Below are positions 25,153 to 37,477 of a stretch of DNA of 64,000 nucleotides, piece after piece; the stretch's first letter is position 1, and every line of letters starts with the position of its first letter. Location of the stretch: assembly GCF_006345805.1 (NCBI RefSeq), contig NC_042998.1, forward strand, positions 32,674,001 through 32,738,000, read 5' to 3'. This DNA is from Octopus sinensis. Its lineage: Eukaryota. The notes beneath the pieces are model-generated. The model ran no database searches. It worked only from the letters and a program-made list of their open reading frames with translations, and had not been told where the DNA came from. A program made the position numbers and the translations under genes.

Positions 25153-25969
25153 GTGTGTTTGTGTGTCTGTGTTTGTCCCCCTAGCATTGCTTGACAACCG
25201 ATGCTGGTGTGTTTATGTCCCTGTCACTTAGCGGTTCGGCAAAAGAGACCGATAGAATAAGTACTGGGCTTACAAAAAGAATAAGTCCCGGGGTCGAGTT
25301 GCTTGATTAAAGGCGGTGCTCCAGCATGGCCGCAGTCAAATGACTGAAACAAGTAAAAGAGTAAAAGAGTATATCTGGCTAAAATATCCTACCCTGTTTT
25401 ATGTTAAAACTAGCCAGATCCGGCCTCTTACACCAACCTTTCAGCATCGTTTAAATAAGGAATAACCATGAGATAAGCTATGAGACAATCCATGATTAAT
25501 TCAAACCAATCATCATCATCGTTGTTTAACGTCCGCTTTCCATGCTAGCATGGGTTGGATGATTTGACTGAGGGCTGGTGAACTAGATGGCTGCACCAGG
25601 CTTCAATCTTGATCTGGCAGAGTTTCTACAGCTGGATGCCCTTCCTAACACCACCCACTCCAAGAGTGTAGTGAGTGCTTTTACATGCCACCGGCATGGG
25701 GCCAGTCAGGTGGTACTGGCAACGACCTCGCTCGAATCTTTTACATATGCCACTGGCACAGGTGCCAGTAAGGCAATGTTGGTAACGATCATGCTCGAAT
25801 GGGGTCTTTTACATGCCACCGCCATGGAAGCCAGATTGCCGCTCTGGCAATGATCATGCTCAGATGGTGCTCTTAATACCCTACTAGCACGGGGCTCGAG
25901 TGCCAGTAAGGCAAGGCAATGTGTATAAATAAGCATTAGATTGGAAAGAGTAATTTCAATGCTAAAGGG
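24691..25969. mobile_element. TTAA-flanked (piggyBac-like) MITE carrying nested SINEs
   Basis: TTAA|CCCTTTAGCATT (24691-24702) ... AATGCTAAAGGG|TTAA (25958-25969), a perfect 12-bp TIR. Related ends occur near 6830, 7645 and 23410. Confidence 0.65.
24712..25370 (+). mobile_element. S1 SINE with tandemly duplicated 5' half
   Basis: Head and CORE at 24712-24870, and again from 24943 as a full copy. Confidence 0.8.
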
Positions 25970-28590
25970 TTAATCCGAATGAGCAGTTTTCAGTCACCTA
26001 ACTATAAGTTCTTTAACTCCAAGTCCTACTTCAATGAACAGATATATGATCAAAGACATTCCAGCAGTGACAATCACATCTTGTTTTCAGATATAATGCA
26101 TATATCCAGAATTGTTTTATCTTGATACAAACTCCTTTTTTTGCTGCACAGTAAGGTATATAATATAAATAGCATTTTGGTTGTTATTTCCAGGAGTTTG
26201 AGTGGTTGCACATGTGTGTTGTGGGTGGAAAACATGATATATTACGTAGTCATTTATAACATGATGATCAAACAAAAGAGACAGGATGATCAAAACCGAA
26301 ATGCATTTGGTCATAGGTTTGCTCAAATAGTGCTACCTGGGGTTAAACAATCATCATCATCACCATCATCATCATTTAACGTCCAGTGTCCATGCTGGCA
26401 TGGATTGGATGGTCTGGACAGGGCTGGTAAGATGAAAGGCTGCACCAGACTCCAGTCTGACTTGGCATGGTTTTCTACGGCTGGATGTCCTTCCTAACAC
26501 CAACCACTCCAAGAGTGTAATGGGTGCTTTTTCATGCCACTGGTATGAGTACCATTTGTGTGACACCAGTATCTGCTACACTGTGATTTTGCTTGGCTTG
26601 ATGGTTTTTTTCTCAAGCAAAACGTAATGCCAAAGATCAAGGTCATTGCCTCCATGAGGCCCAACACTTGAAAGGAACTCAGCCACTTTGCCTCCGTGAA
26701 GCCCAACAAATAACAGCATGGTTTCCTGTCCTTATCCTTTCACCTTTTCCTTGCCTCAGTCATTAGTCTGTGGCCATGCTGGGGCATTGCGTTGGAGAAT
26801 TTGTAGTTTAATGAATCAACCCCGGTGCATTGTTTTTTTAAGCCTGGTACTTATTCTATCAGTGTCTTTTGCGGAACCACTATGTTATGGGGACATAAAC
26901 ACATCAATACTGGTTGCCAAGTGGTGGAGGGGGGACAAGCACAGACACAAAAACACACAAAGACACACACACACACACGCACACACACACTGACACATCT
27001 ACACTGACACACTCACACTGATACACAAACACATACGCACACACACTGACACATGCACAGTGCTTCTTTCAGTTTCTGCTTCCCAAATCCACTCCTAAAG
27101 CTGGCCTGAGTGTAAAGTAGATGACACTTGCTGAAGGTTCCACCCAGTGAGACCGAATGTGCAACCATGTGGTTGGGAAGCAAATATAAAAATGCAGAAA
27201 ATTAGCATCATATTTTCATTCGAAGCCATTGACGTTTTTATAACCACACATGTCCGGCCCAGTTAAGAGTACCCCTGATGCATTGTGTGATATGATATGT
27301 TTAAGAAGACCTGTTGAATCAAGTAAAACCAATATAATAGCTGTGGCCAGTGCCCCCTGATTGACTCCTGTGCTGGTGGCACGTAAAAAGCACCATCCGA
27401 ATGCGATTGATTCCAGGTCCACCTGACTGGCTCCCATGCTGGTGGCATGTAAAAAGCAACATCTGAACGTAGCCGATACCAGTACCCCCTGACTGGCTCT
27501 CATGCTGGTGGCACATAAAAAGCACGCGCTACACTCTCAGAGTGGTTGGCATTAGGAAGGGCATCCAGTTGTAGAAACATTGCCAGATCAGATTGGAGCC
27601 TGGAGCAGCGACTGGCAATCCAGACCTCAGGAAAACCGTCCAACCCACGGAAAACGGATGTTAACCAATGATGATGATGATGATGAACATATCAACTTAC
27701 TCATGCATCCCTTTATGGCCATTCTAGCTTTAGGAGTGAAGCCAGTAAAACAGAAAAGAACTCTAATGCAAAGACCTGTTTAGAACTAAAATATTTCACA
27801 GAAGATTAGTTTAAAAACAATAAAGTAAAGCATTCGTCATAAAAAAAATAAACCGGATAACCTGTGGGAAATCCGTGGTAATTATTTATTTACTCACAAC
27901 TCTGGATTGATTGATATAAATAAAAATCACCTTGCTCAAAAGTGAAGTTTGTTTAAGAGTTTTACAATAAATCAATTGTTCAAGATAGGATAAAGAGCTT
28001 TTATTTCCCTTTCTATGCCTGGGCAAAATTGAAGAATTTCTCATATTGAGAAGATTTCAAAGAACTAATGATCTGATACATATGGATTAAAATAACCTTA
28101 GGAATGGTAAACAATCTGGTAAGGAATAGAACAAAAATTTAAAAAATTATTTTATTTCAAGTTGCTTATTAGATTTTTAGGAGAAATTGTCAACGATTCC
28201 TTTCAATTCATTGATATATTTAGAAGCCTGTTCTGTTTCTTCTACTTCAAAAATTCTACATAATTTTGCTCTTTTCATTAACTGTCAAGATAATTAGAAT
28301 ATATTTTATTAATCTCATCACATATTTTACGCATTTCATGAGTTATTCAATGCTAACAATTATAAATGTAAGTGAGAAAAAAGCTATATCTATATATATA
28401 AGGATTAGCATTTATATTTTTATAGATAAAATTTATGCAAATATAAACAGAGATAGATTATTATTATTCATTGAAATATTCTCATTCTGAGAAATTTTTC
28501 AATGTAACTAATTGATAAAAATATAAAAAGAATTTATCTTCAGCATATATGTATATATATTCTCTGTGTGTATCTATGTATAGATGTTTA

Positions 28591-28653
<63 letters not shown>

Positions 28654-28664
28654 GCATATGTAGT

Positions 28665-29056
28665 GTAGGAGTGGCTGTGTGGTAAGTAGCTTGCTTACCA
28701 ATCACATGGTTCTAGGTTCAGTCCCACTGTGTGGCACCTTGGGCAAGTGTCTTCTACTATAGTCTTGGGCTGACCAAAGCCTTGTGAGTGGATTTGGTAG
28801 ACGGAAACTGAAAGAAACCTGTTCTATATATGTATATATATGTGTGTGTGCATATGTTTGTGTGCCTATGTTACCCCCCCCCCCTATTGATGCTGGTGTA
28901 TTTGCAACCGATGGTGGTGTGTTCGGCAAAAGAGACCAATAGAACAAGTACTAGGCTTACAAAGAATAAGTCTTGGGTTCAATTTGCTCAACTAAAGGCA
29001 GTGCTCCAGAATGGCCACAGTCAAATGACTGACACAAGTAAAAGAGTAAAAGAGTA
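28665..29056 (+). mobile_element. S1 SINE, full length
   Basis: Same modules as 19672-20068. Confidence 0.8.
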
Positions 29057-29159
29057 TATACATATATATATATATATATATACCAGAGTAAGCACATAAA
29101 TGCAAAAAAAGGTGGAAAAAATAGTACTTGAATACCAGAGGTAGAGTAATATGCTTTAT

Positions 29160-29391
29160 TGAAAAGCAGCAGAAATATCACGAAAACTGTTACTCAGAGT
29201 TTCACATTCCCGTTCATAGGACAGTTTTGTTTGGAATGGGACAGAAATAAGGTTATAAACAGTTATAATTAGTTTAATGGATACACATTTGATCGTAACC
29301 TTATTTCTGTTCCATTCTAAACAAAACTGTCCAACGAATGGGAACGTGAAACTCTGGGTAACAGTTTTTGTGATATTTCTGCTGCTTTTCA
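29160..29391. repeat. ~97-bp-arm inverted repeat carrying family C HHRs
   Basis: Arms 29160-29257 and 29295-29391. Confidence 0.85.
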
Positions 29392-29591
29392 CTGAAGTAT
29401 ATATATATAATAAAATATTAGGGAATAAATCCAAACTTACAGGGAAAAATCAGATTTAGGATTAAATCCAATTTTATAGTAAAATATTATATTATATTAT
29501 ATTATATTAGAGATAAAACCACTATTAGGCAAATCAAACAATGAAAAACTTAAGCCAATACATAAAACCTCGCTAAGATAAATATTTCAAT

Positions 29592-29660
29592 TACCTGAAG
29601 ATTGACTGTAACCATAACTCGAATTATTACGAATTGGACAGCCATGAAACGATCGTAGTG
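29592..29660 (+). ncRNA. Type-I HHR motif (family E)
   Basis: TAC-CTGAAGA-TTGACTGT...ACAGCCAT-GAAAC-GATC-GTA-GTG, with stem III palindrome ACGATCGT. A relative lies at 51361-51423 (CCAC/GTGG stem I, GAAAC mutated to TAAAC). Confidence 0.6.
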
Positions 29661-32600
29661 TTATACTTATTATCTTTTATTAAACTTTTAATACTTTTGA
29701 TATATATTTAAAATAATATAAATTAATTAATTTTATGTATTGGCTTAAGTTTTTCATTTTTTGATTTGCCTAATAGTTGTTTTATCTCTAATTTAATATA
29801 ATATATATATGCATATATATCATAATCATCATAATCGTTTAACGTCCGCTTTCCATGCGTGCATGGGTTGGACAATTTGACTGAAGACTGGCGAAACAGA
29901 TGGCTGTACCAGGCTCCAATGTGATCTGGCAGAGTTTCTACAGCTGGATGCCCTTCCTAACGCCAGCCGCTCCGAGAATGTAGTGAGTGCTTTTATGTGC
30001 CACCAGCACAAGTGCCAGTAAGGCAATATATATTTGTGTGTAAATGTATCCATGTATGTATAGAGTATCATCATCATTTAATGAATATTTTCCATGCTAG
30101 CATGGGTTGAACAGTCTGACAGGAGCTGGAAAACCAGGCTCCAATTGTCTGTTTTGACATGGTCTGTAAGGTCGGATGCCTTTCCTAAGGCCAATCACTG
30201 CTTGCCCAAGGTGCCATTCAGTGGGTCTGAAATGAGAACCATAAGGTTGTAAAGCAAATTTCCTTCCACACAGCAATGCTGCAAGAAGAAATTATTGAAT
30301 TTGGTACAAAAGCAGTTTTGTTCCACTCCTTCCTGCTTGTCATGTCAATGCTTTCCACTTAACTTTCACCAAGAACATCTAGGACGAAAAGCACATAAAA
30401 AAAAGTCATAGAAAACCCTTGCCTCTACAGTGCTGAGTACTTTCTCTGGCTTGAGTTATTCTTGTCTTAAGTAAGAAGCCAGCCACTATATATCATCATT
30501 GTCATCATCACCATCATCAGACTCCAGTCTGATTTGACATGGTTTCTATGGTTGGATGCCCTTCTTAATGCCAACCACTCGGGGAGTGTAATAGATGCTT
30601 TTATGTGCCACTGGCACAGGTGCCATTTGTGTGATATATATATATATATATGAAAGAAGGTTTGGAAAAGCAATTTTAAAGATGTTTATTCACTTGACCG
30701 GTTTCACTTTTTTAGAAAAAGATTGTTAAAAGTAAAATGTAAAGCTTTGTATGAGCTTTGTTGTGTTAAGCACTGGTTATCACAAAAGTATTAAAATACA
30801 GATATCCATTCTTTGATAATAAGAAAATGTTAAAAACAGTTTAACATCCATTTTTCCATGCTTGTTTGGGTTGGTTGGCTTGGCAGGAGCTGGCCATGAT
30901 GATGATGATAACGATAGCCAGCTGCAGAGTTGCCCTGGATCCATGACTGTTTCGGCATAGTTTCTATGGCTGGATGTTCTGTTTGATGCCAATAACTTTA
31001 TAGAGTGTAGTGTCATAAATGAATAATCATTTTGAATGATGCCAACCCGCTGGTCAGGTGAGCAGGCCAGCATTCTCACCTGACTGGAAAGCTATTCCAT
31101 GTCAGGGCTATTCATTTACAGGTGAGTGGACTGGAGCAATGTGAAATGAAGTGTTTTGCTCAAGAACACAATGTGCTACCTGTTCTGATAGAATACCAAT
31201 CAGAAATATTTTTTTAAAGCCTGGTTCTAAATCTATTGGTCTCTTTTGCTGAACTGTTAAGTCAAAGGGGTGTAAGCTCCCCAACACCAGTTGTCAAGTA
31301 GGAGTGTGGTGTGGGGAACAAACATAGACACATGTATACACACAACCATATGCACATATATACATGAATCCACTCACAAGGCTAAAGCAGAAAATATTTG
31401 CTCAAGGTGCCATGCAGTAGGGCTGAACCTGGAACCATATGATTGATAAGTTAACTTCTCACCATACAGCCACATCTGTACCTTTCATGAATATTTTGTA
31501 AGCAAAGCTATAAAGAAAGCTTCTTCTTTTAAACAATATTCTTTTCTACTCTAGGCAAAGGTCCGAAATTTTGGGGCAGGGGCCAGTCAATAATATCGAC
31601 TCCAGTACACACTGGTACTTAGTTTATCGACCCCAAAAGGATGAAAGGCAAAGCCGACCTCTGGCGGAATTTGAACTCAGAACGTAAAAACAGATGAAAT
31701 ACCACTAAGCACTTCACCCAGCATGCTAAGGTTTCTGCCAGCTTACTACCTTTTATTTGTGGGTATATTCTTTTCTACTCTAAGCATAAGGCCCGAAATT
31801 TTGGGGAAGAGGCCAGTGGATTAGACCAACCCCAGTACACAACAGGTACTTAATTTATCGACCCCAAAAGGATGAAAGGCAAAGTCAACCTCGGTGGAAT
31901 TTGAACTCAGAATGTAAAGACAGACTAAATACTGCTAAGCATTTCACCTACCATGCTAACGTTTCTGCCAGCTTGCTGCCATTATACAATATTATACAAT
32001 TAAATGTCTATCTACAAATTGTTCCATGTATTGGAATATATACATTAATTAGAAATCTACAATATTATTATCTCTTATCTGTATCATTACAATATTATTT
32101 TCTAAGTCATTAGCTAAGTACATTAAATATATCATGCACAGTTTTCTAATTATTTGTGTGCTAATGTATTTGGTAAAAGTGCATTTTGTGTGTGGCTGTT
32201 GACACATCTTTTATATCAACTTATGAGAACTACAACAACAGAACCAATACAGTCTCAGACAACCAATCAAAGAATTGGTACCACAATCTATGTTGCCAGC
32301 ACTGCACTATGACTCTGCCCTGGACAATTAATTCTTAAAATTACCAAACATTAAATGGATCAGTTCCTTCTTCCCATGTGTGTAATCATTGAAGATTTTG
32401 GTTCTGCTGGTTGTTGTTAGGCTTTGGTTAAACAGACTTAAGATCCAAGATTTCAGCCTATTTGACTTTTCTCCATGTTTTCCCCCAAATTTACTGCCAT
32501 TTGTTGAACTAGCATGGAAAGCTCTGCATGGCTACTCAACTTTCAGCTAAATATCTTTTGATGAAAACATTAAAATACTTTAAACAATGTCTATGATCTG

Positions 32601-32737
32601 AGGATAATTTTCTCCTATCCCCTCACCGGTATCAGGGTTCCTAAGAAGTATCAAGAGCCTTCTCTTTTTGCTTTTATCTCAGACAGGAAAAAATGCTTTA
32701 AAAACCATTTTAATTTTTAGCCTCTGTATATTTTGTA

Positions 32738-33411
32738 CTAGCAGTATAACCCGGCCTTGCCCGGGATTAAGTTACGATTATTAAGCTAATCAAGTCCTTT
32801 ATTTCAAACCAAACTAAGTGATATCGATTCTCAACAAAACACTTTTTTACATGGCATAAAATAAAAACAAAACTCTTTCGCACCCAAAGTAATGTGTGTG
32901 AGAGAGAGAGGGGGAAGAAAGATGAACGATTCAAAATAAATATATTGTAAGTTTCGTGTGAGAAAGTATATATACTATGATTATAAAATATAGTGTCTTT
33001 CAAAAACATCCTGAATTTGAACTCTATATCTCGTGTTTAAGAAAAAACAAAACATTTTACATTGTATTTTTTATGAACGTCGTCACTTACTCTCTCTCTC
33101 TCCCCATCTCTCACTTTGTCTTTCCCTTTTTTTGTTTAGACACCGTGAAACTCTCTTTCACTTTTCTTTATCTTTTTTTTTGTTAGACACCGTCAAAAAA
33201 GCTGTGGCTGATATTTTTTATGGCTAAAATCTACGGCTGAAAATAGAATCTTACCACTATCCGCGGGTGCCTTGGGAAAATAATAAGTTGACAAAACCCA
33301 GTTAGGATGTTGACGAATATCCTCCTAAAATTTGAGCGACATGCATGCTAATTTGTGGATGTGCATAAATTACAATCACACACACACACATCATGCCTTT
33401 TATAGATATGA
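32738..33411 (-). mobile_element. Non-autonomous Helitron-type element
   Basis: Minus strand A|TCATATCTATAAAAG ... CCCGGGCAAGGCCGGG-TTATACTG-CTAG|T. Confidence 0.75.
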
Positions 33412-33873
33412 TTATGCTTAGAATCAGACATTTGCATTTGAAATGTCTTCTATCTAATACATTCTTACAAGTATGTGTAGAACAGTTCCTTTTGTTAGTA
33501 TAGCTGTATTAAACATAACATCATTAACAGTGTATTGTGCTTAAATATTAACAGCAGCTTTTAAGCCCCGTAACAGATAATAAGAAGTCACCAGTTTTAT
33601 GTAATTTCTGTTGTCTCCTCCATATAATAATTATTTACTTATCCCACAAACACTGACAGCAGCCAAGTCTCTTTTACATTAAAGGAACATAGTGAAGGAC
33701 ATTAACATCCAGTGCCTGAGCAAACCTGGGAGCAATGGGATTAAGATGTAACTCCATACTCCCCAAAACTCTAGAACTTTTCTTTACTATTCTAGGCACA
33801 AGGCCTCACATTTTTGGGGAGGGGGGCCAGTTGATCAGATCGACCCCTGTATACAACTGATTCTTAATTTGAG

Positions 33874-34421
33874 GTAAAGATTGTTTACCAACATAACATG
33901 GCAGTCTTGGTTTAGGATGAATGTTGCTGTAATTTAGCCTCAGGAGACATCGTCTCCAGCTGGTTTTACAACACGATCTGTGTCCTTATATTTTCAAAAC
34001 AAGGGAATCTAGCACTCTCACTCAGCTCAAAACAATATCTGTGTATTGCAATTTCCGGGTTATTTCCCTTCATCAGCACAGAATATTTGTTCTCTTGTTG
34101 TGAGATTTAAAAATAGTAATTTTCTAATTTGTGGATCAGTGACTAGTTGTCACTTTGAAAACTACATATTTAGAATGGGAATTTGTCAGCGCCACCTCTA
34201 GTCAAACAATTATTCTGTGCTGATGAAGGGAAATAACTCGGAAATTGTGATACACAGATATTGTTTTGAGCTGAGTGGGGGTGCTAGATTCCCTTGTTCA
34301 AAAGTATAAAGACACAGATCATGTTGTATAACCAGCTGGAGACGATGTCTCCTAGGGTTAAATTACAGCAACATTCATCCTAAACCAGGACTACCATGTT
34401 ATGTTGGCAAACAATCTTTAC
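33874..34421. repeat. ~218-bp-arm inverted repeat carrying family F HHRs
   Basis: Arms 33874-34091 and 34205-34421. Confidence 0.9.
34039..34081 (-). ncRNA. Minimal type-I HHR motif (family F)
   Basis: Minus strand CTGTG-CTGATGA-A-GGG-aaataa-CCC-G-GAAA-TTGCAA-TA-CACAG. Stem I is CTGTG/CACAG and stem III is the palindrome ATTGCAAT. A mirror copy lies on + at 34215-34257. Confidence 0.7.
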
Positions 34422-34479
34422 TACAAAGTACTATCACTGAATATCATTGTGAGATGCAAAAATAATAATTTAGTACTTT

Positions 34480-34730
34480 ATTTATCCAGGAGCTTTCCCA
34501 ATGTCTTCCATTTTGCAAGCACTCCTCTTCTAAGATTATCTTTAAATTTTTCATTTTTATTTGTACTTAAGAGTATTTTTTTAAAAAATTGTATAAACCA
34601 GGTCATTTGTTTTGTTTGTTTTTTTCAAACATTTATATTTTTTATGAGTACTATTGTCTTTAAGTCATATTTTCTTTCTGTTCAATGCCATGTAAAATCC
34701 CTTTTTATCCTCTTGAAACAGTTTAGTCTC
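34480..34730 (-). pseudogene. Highly decayed R4/Dong-like ORF fragment (region upstream of RT)
   Basis: Minus-strand frames give TKLFQEDKKGFYMALNRKK and a frameshifted W-KAPG, resembling the NxLFxxNxKxFY and NWKAPG motifs. Confidence 0.4.
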
Positions 34731-35930
34731 CAAAATTTATTTTCGTGTTGTCTCAATCCTTTCATTCTCTGATTTCCCATCACTTGCAGGAATTTAGGAA
34801 GTTTTTCTTTGAGACTCTGCTTTTTTAAAATTTTCTTTTTAATTCTTAATTTACTCTGTGTCTTGGCTTACCTGATTTATCAGTTTAGCTTTGAAATTTG
34901 CATAATTTAGAATTGTAAGGTTTCTGAATGTTAAATTTTTTACTCTGTTTTTTTTTCTACAAAGAATGTTTTGTTTGTTTGTTGTTGTTATTTAGCTCCA
35001 GTTTAGTCATCATTGAGCAGACTTATGATCAAAGCTCTCAAATCCATAACCATCGCAATGTTTTCTTTGGTACAACCCGCTTCAATTTGTATTATCACAT
35101 GACATGTAACCTTCCAAGCTGACAATATTGTGCTTGATTTGAGAGATTCAGCTGCTGTTTCTAACGGTTTGAGCACCCATATAGAAGCTCGCTCCATTAG
35201 TTCATCATTATTTTCTTTGATACTATTTTTCAATCTTTTACATTTTACTTGTTTCAGTCATTAACCTGTGGCCATGCTGGGGCACTGTCATGAAGTCCTG
35301 TACCCTTGCATATATGGGTATAGGACATAAAAAAAAACGTAGACAGAATGAGAAACGAGAACATAAAAAACAAAAATATAGAAAACGAACATTTTTTCGA
35401 ACAACAAAAGAAACAAACAGAGAAATGAGACATGCAACATAAAGAACATTCCCTTCATCAGTTGTCCCCTGTTTTATCTACACTCTACAAATCTCCATGC
35501 ATACGCTTTAATGATGGAGGCAATACTCTTAGCATAACAAAGTCTTGTCGCAAATAAAAAAAATAACTCTTTGCTAGAGTAGGCCATGGTACCCCATACA
35601 TGACTAAAAGGCTTCACCAGGTGATGCTATAAAGTTAGATATGACCTGAGCCTATCCTGGCCGAAACCTAAGTTATCTAAATACCTGAGTGATGAGGTAT
35701 AAATATAACAGACAAAATCCAAAATCTAGTATTAATATCTGCACCAATTACTTAGACGCCACCGTTTATTATAGATTGGCTGCAACACACAACCGTATCA
35801 CATTATTCTGATAGGAAAAATAGAACTAGATTACAACTGTGTATTGAGCACATGTTTAAAAGAAAAGTTATTTCTCAAAAAACCCTTTGTCTCTCTCAAT
35901 GTTTGGCCATCTTCCTCTTACATACATACA

Positions 35931-36327
35931 TCTTTATATATAAAAGTAAGGTTGTGTGTCTGTCTCCTACGATTTAGATTCCTAACTACTCTCACATTTT
36001 GCGGTGCAGTTTAACCAAAACCGGGTATCTTATAGTCGTGATTCATATCGAGCCCTTCTGGGTATTAGCACGCGTCTACGATGAGTCCACGAATTAAAAA
36101 AAAATTTACCATCATTTTTTCCATTTTAATGCATTTTTTTCGCTATTATATAAGGGAGGTAACTCTCTAAAAATGTCTACGATGAGTCAACGATTTAAAA
36201 AAAATTTACCATAATTTTTTTTCCATTTTTAATGCATTTTTTTGCTATTTTTTTACTATAACTCTCTAAAAATGCTTATATAGTTATTTCCCTTACAAAC
36301 CCGAGCAACGCCGGGCGATACTGCTAG
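35931..36327 (+). mobile_element. Non-autonomous Helitron-type element
   Basis: A|TCTTTATATATAAAAG 5' end, subterminal hairpin CCCGAGCAACGCCGGG and CTAG|T 3' end. Inserted in an AT dinucleotide with no TSD. Confidence 0.85.
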
Positions 36328-36469
36328 TATATAGATAAATACATGCATATACACAGGCATGGGTGTGTTTGAAAAGTTCAGTTTTGAAGCATATCGCTTC
36401 AGGTTGCACAGTAGCTTCAGGCCAACCTGAAAGATATATGTATGTCTGTGTAGAGATAGGCATGTGTGT

Positions 36470-36580
36470 GTAGATATGTGTGCATAGATATATGTATGTG
36501 TGGAAATATATGTATGTGTGGAGATATATGTATGTGTGGAGATATATGTATATAAGTGTAGATATATGTATGTGTGTAGA
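36470..36580. repeat. 18-bp minisatellite (AGATATATGTATGTGTGG)-like, about 5-6 units
   Basis: Direct reading. Confidence 0.75.
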
Positions 36581-36767
36581 TATATATATAGCACGTGTGT
36601 GTGTGTGTGCGTGTGTGCACGCAAATGTCTCTGCAATAGTGTAAATATTTACAAAGTACCACCATGTCTGTGTAGTCTACAACAAGTGTAACATATTGCC
36701 TGGTGTTTTTCTGTTTTCAAATACCTCAACCATTAATGGTAAAATCATGATCTCTGAAAATTGTTAT

Positions 36768-37160
36768 CAGGAGTGGCTGCGTGGTAAGTAGCTTGCTTAC
36801 CAACCACATGGTTCCGGGTTCAGTCCCACTGCGTGGCGCCTTGGGCAAGTGTCTTCTACTATAGCCTTGGTCCGACCAAAGCCATGTGAGTGGATTTGGT
36901 AGATGGAAACTGAAAGAAGCCTGTTATATATATGTATATATATGTATATATATGTATATATATATATATATGTGTGTGTGTTTTTGTCCCCCCTCCCCCA
37001 ACATCATTTGACAACTGATGCTGGTGTGTTTAAATCCCTGTAACTTAGCAGTTCAGCAAAATAGACAGATAGAATAAGTACTGGGTTTACAAAGAATTTG
37101 CTCGACTAAAGGCGGTGCTCCAGCATGGCCACAGCCAAATGACTGAAACAAGTAAAAAAG
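36768..37160 (+). mobile_element. S1 SINE, full length
   Basis: Same modules as 19672-20068. Confidence 0.8.
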
Positions 37161-37441
37161 TAAATGATTAGACAGGCTTGAATAGACTATACTAACTTGA
37201 AGTTAAATAGGCAGAAACATGTCTTTAGCTGTTCCTTGCCAGCAAAAAGATAAACTTCAACACACTCACTCATACACATACACACACACAAATATGCACA
37301 CATATATATATACACATACATATATATATGCACACATATATATATACACACACACACACATATATATATACACACACAGTCACCATGATAGATCGTTAGC
37401 CACTACACAAATTTTTTTTCTCTCCTTGTTTTTTTGTGTCC

Positions 37442-37477
37442 CTTTCTGTAGAAGAGCGTAGGCTCGAAACGTAAAAG
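37442..37477 (+). ncRNA. Minimal HHR-like motif with CUGUAGA core (family B)
   Basis: CTTT-CTGTAGA-A-GAGC-gtag-GCTC-GAAAC-GTA-AAAG. A CpG-decayed copy lies at 16566-16601, and both sit within a ~200-bp shared repeat. Confidence 0.55.

Noticed and set aside
35428-35466. Minus-strand CTGATGA-A-GGGAA motif
   Set aside because: No GAAA or stem III follows, so it is not a complete hammerhead.
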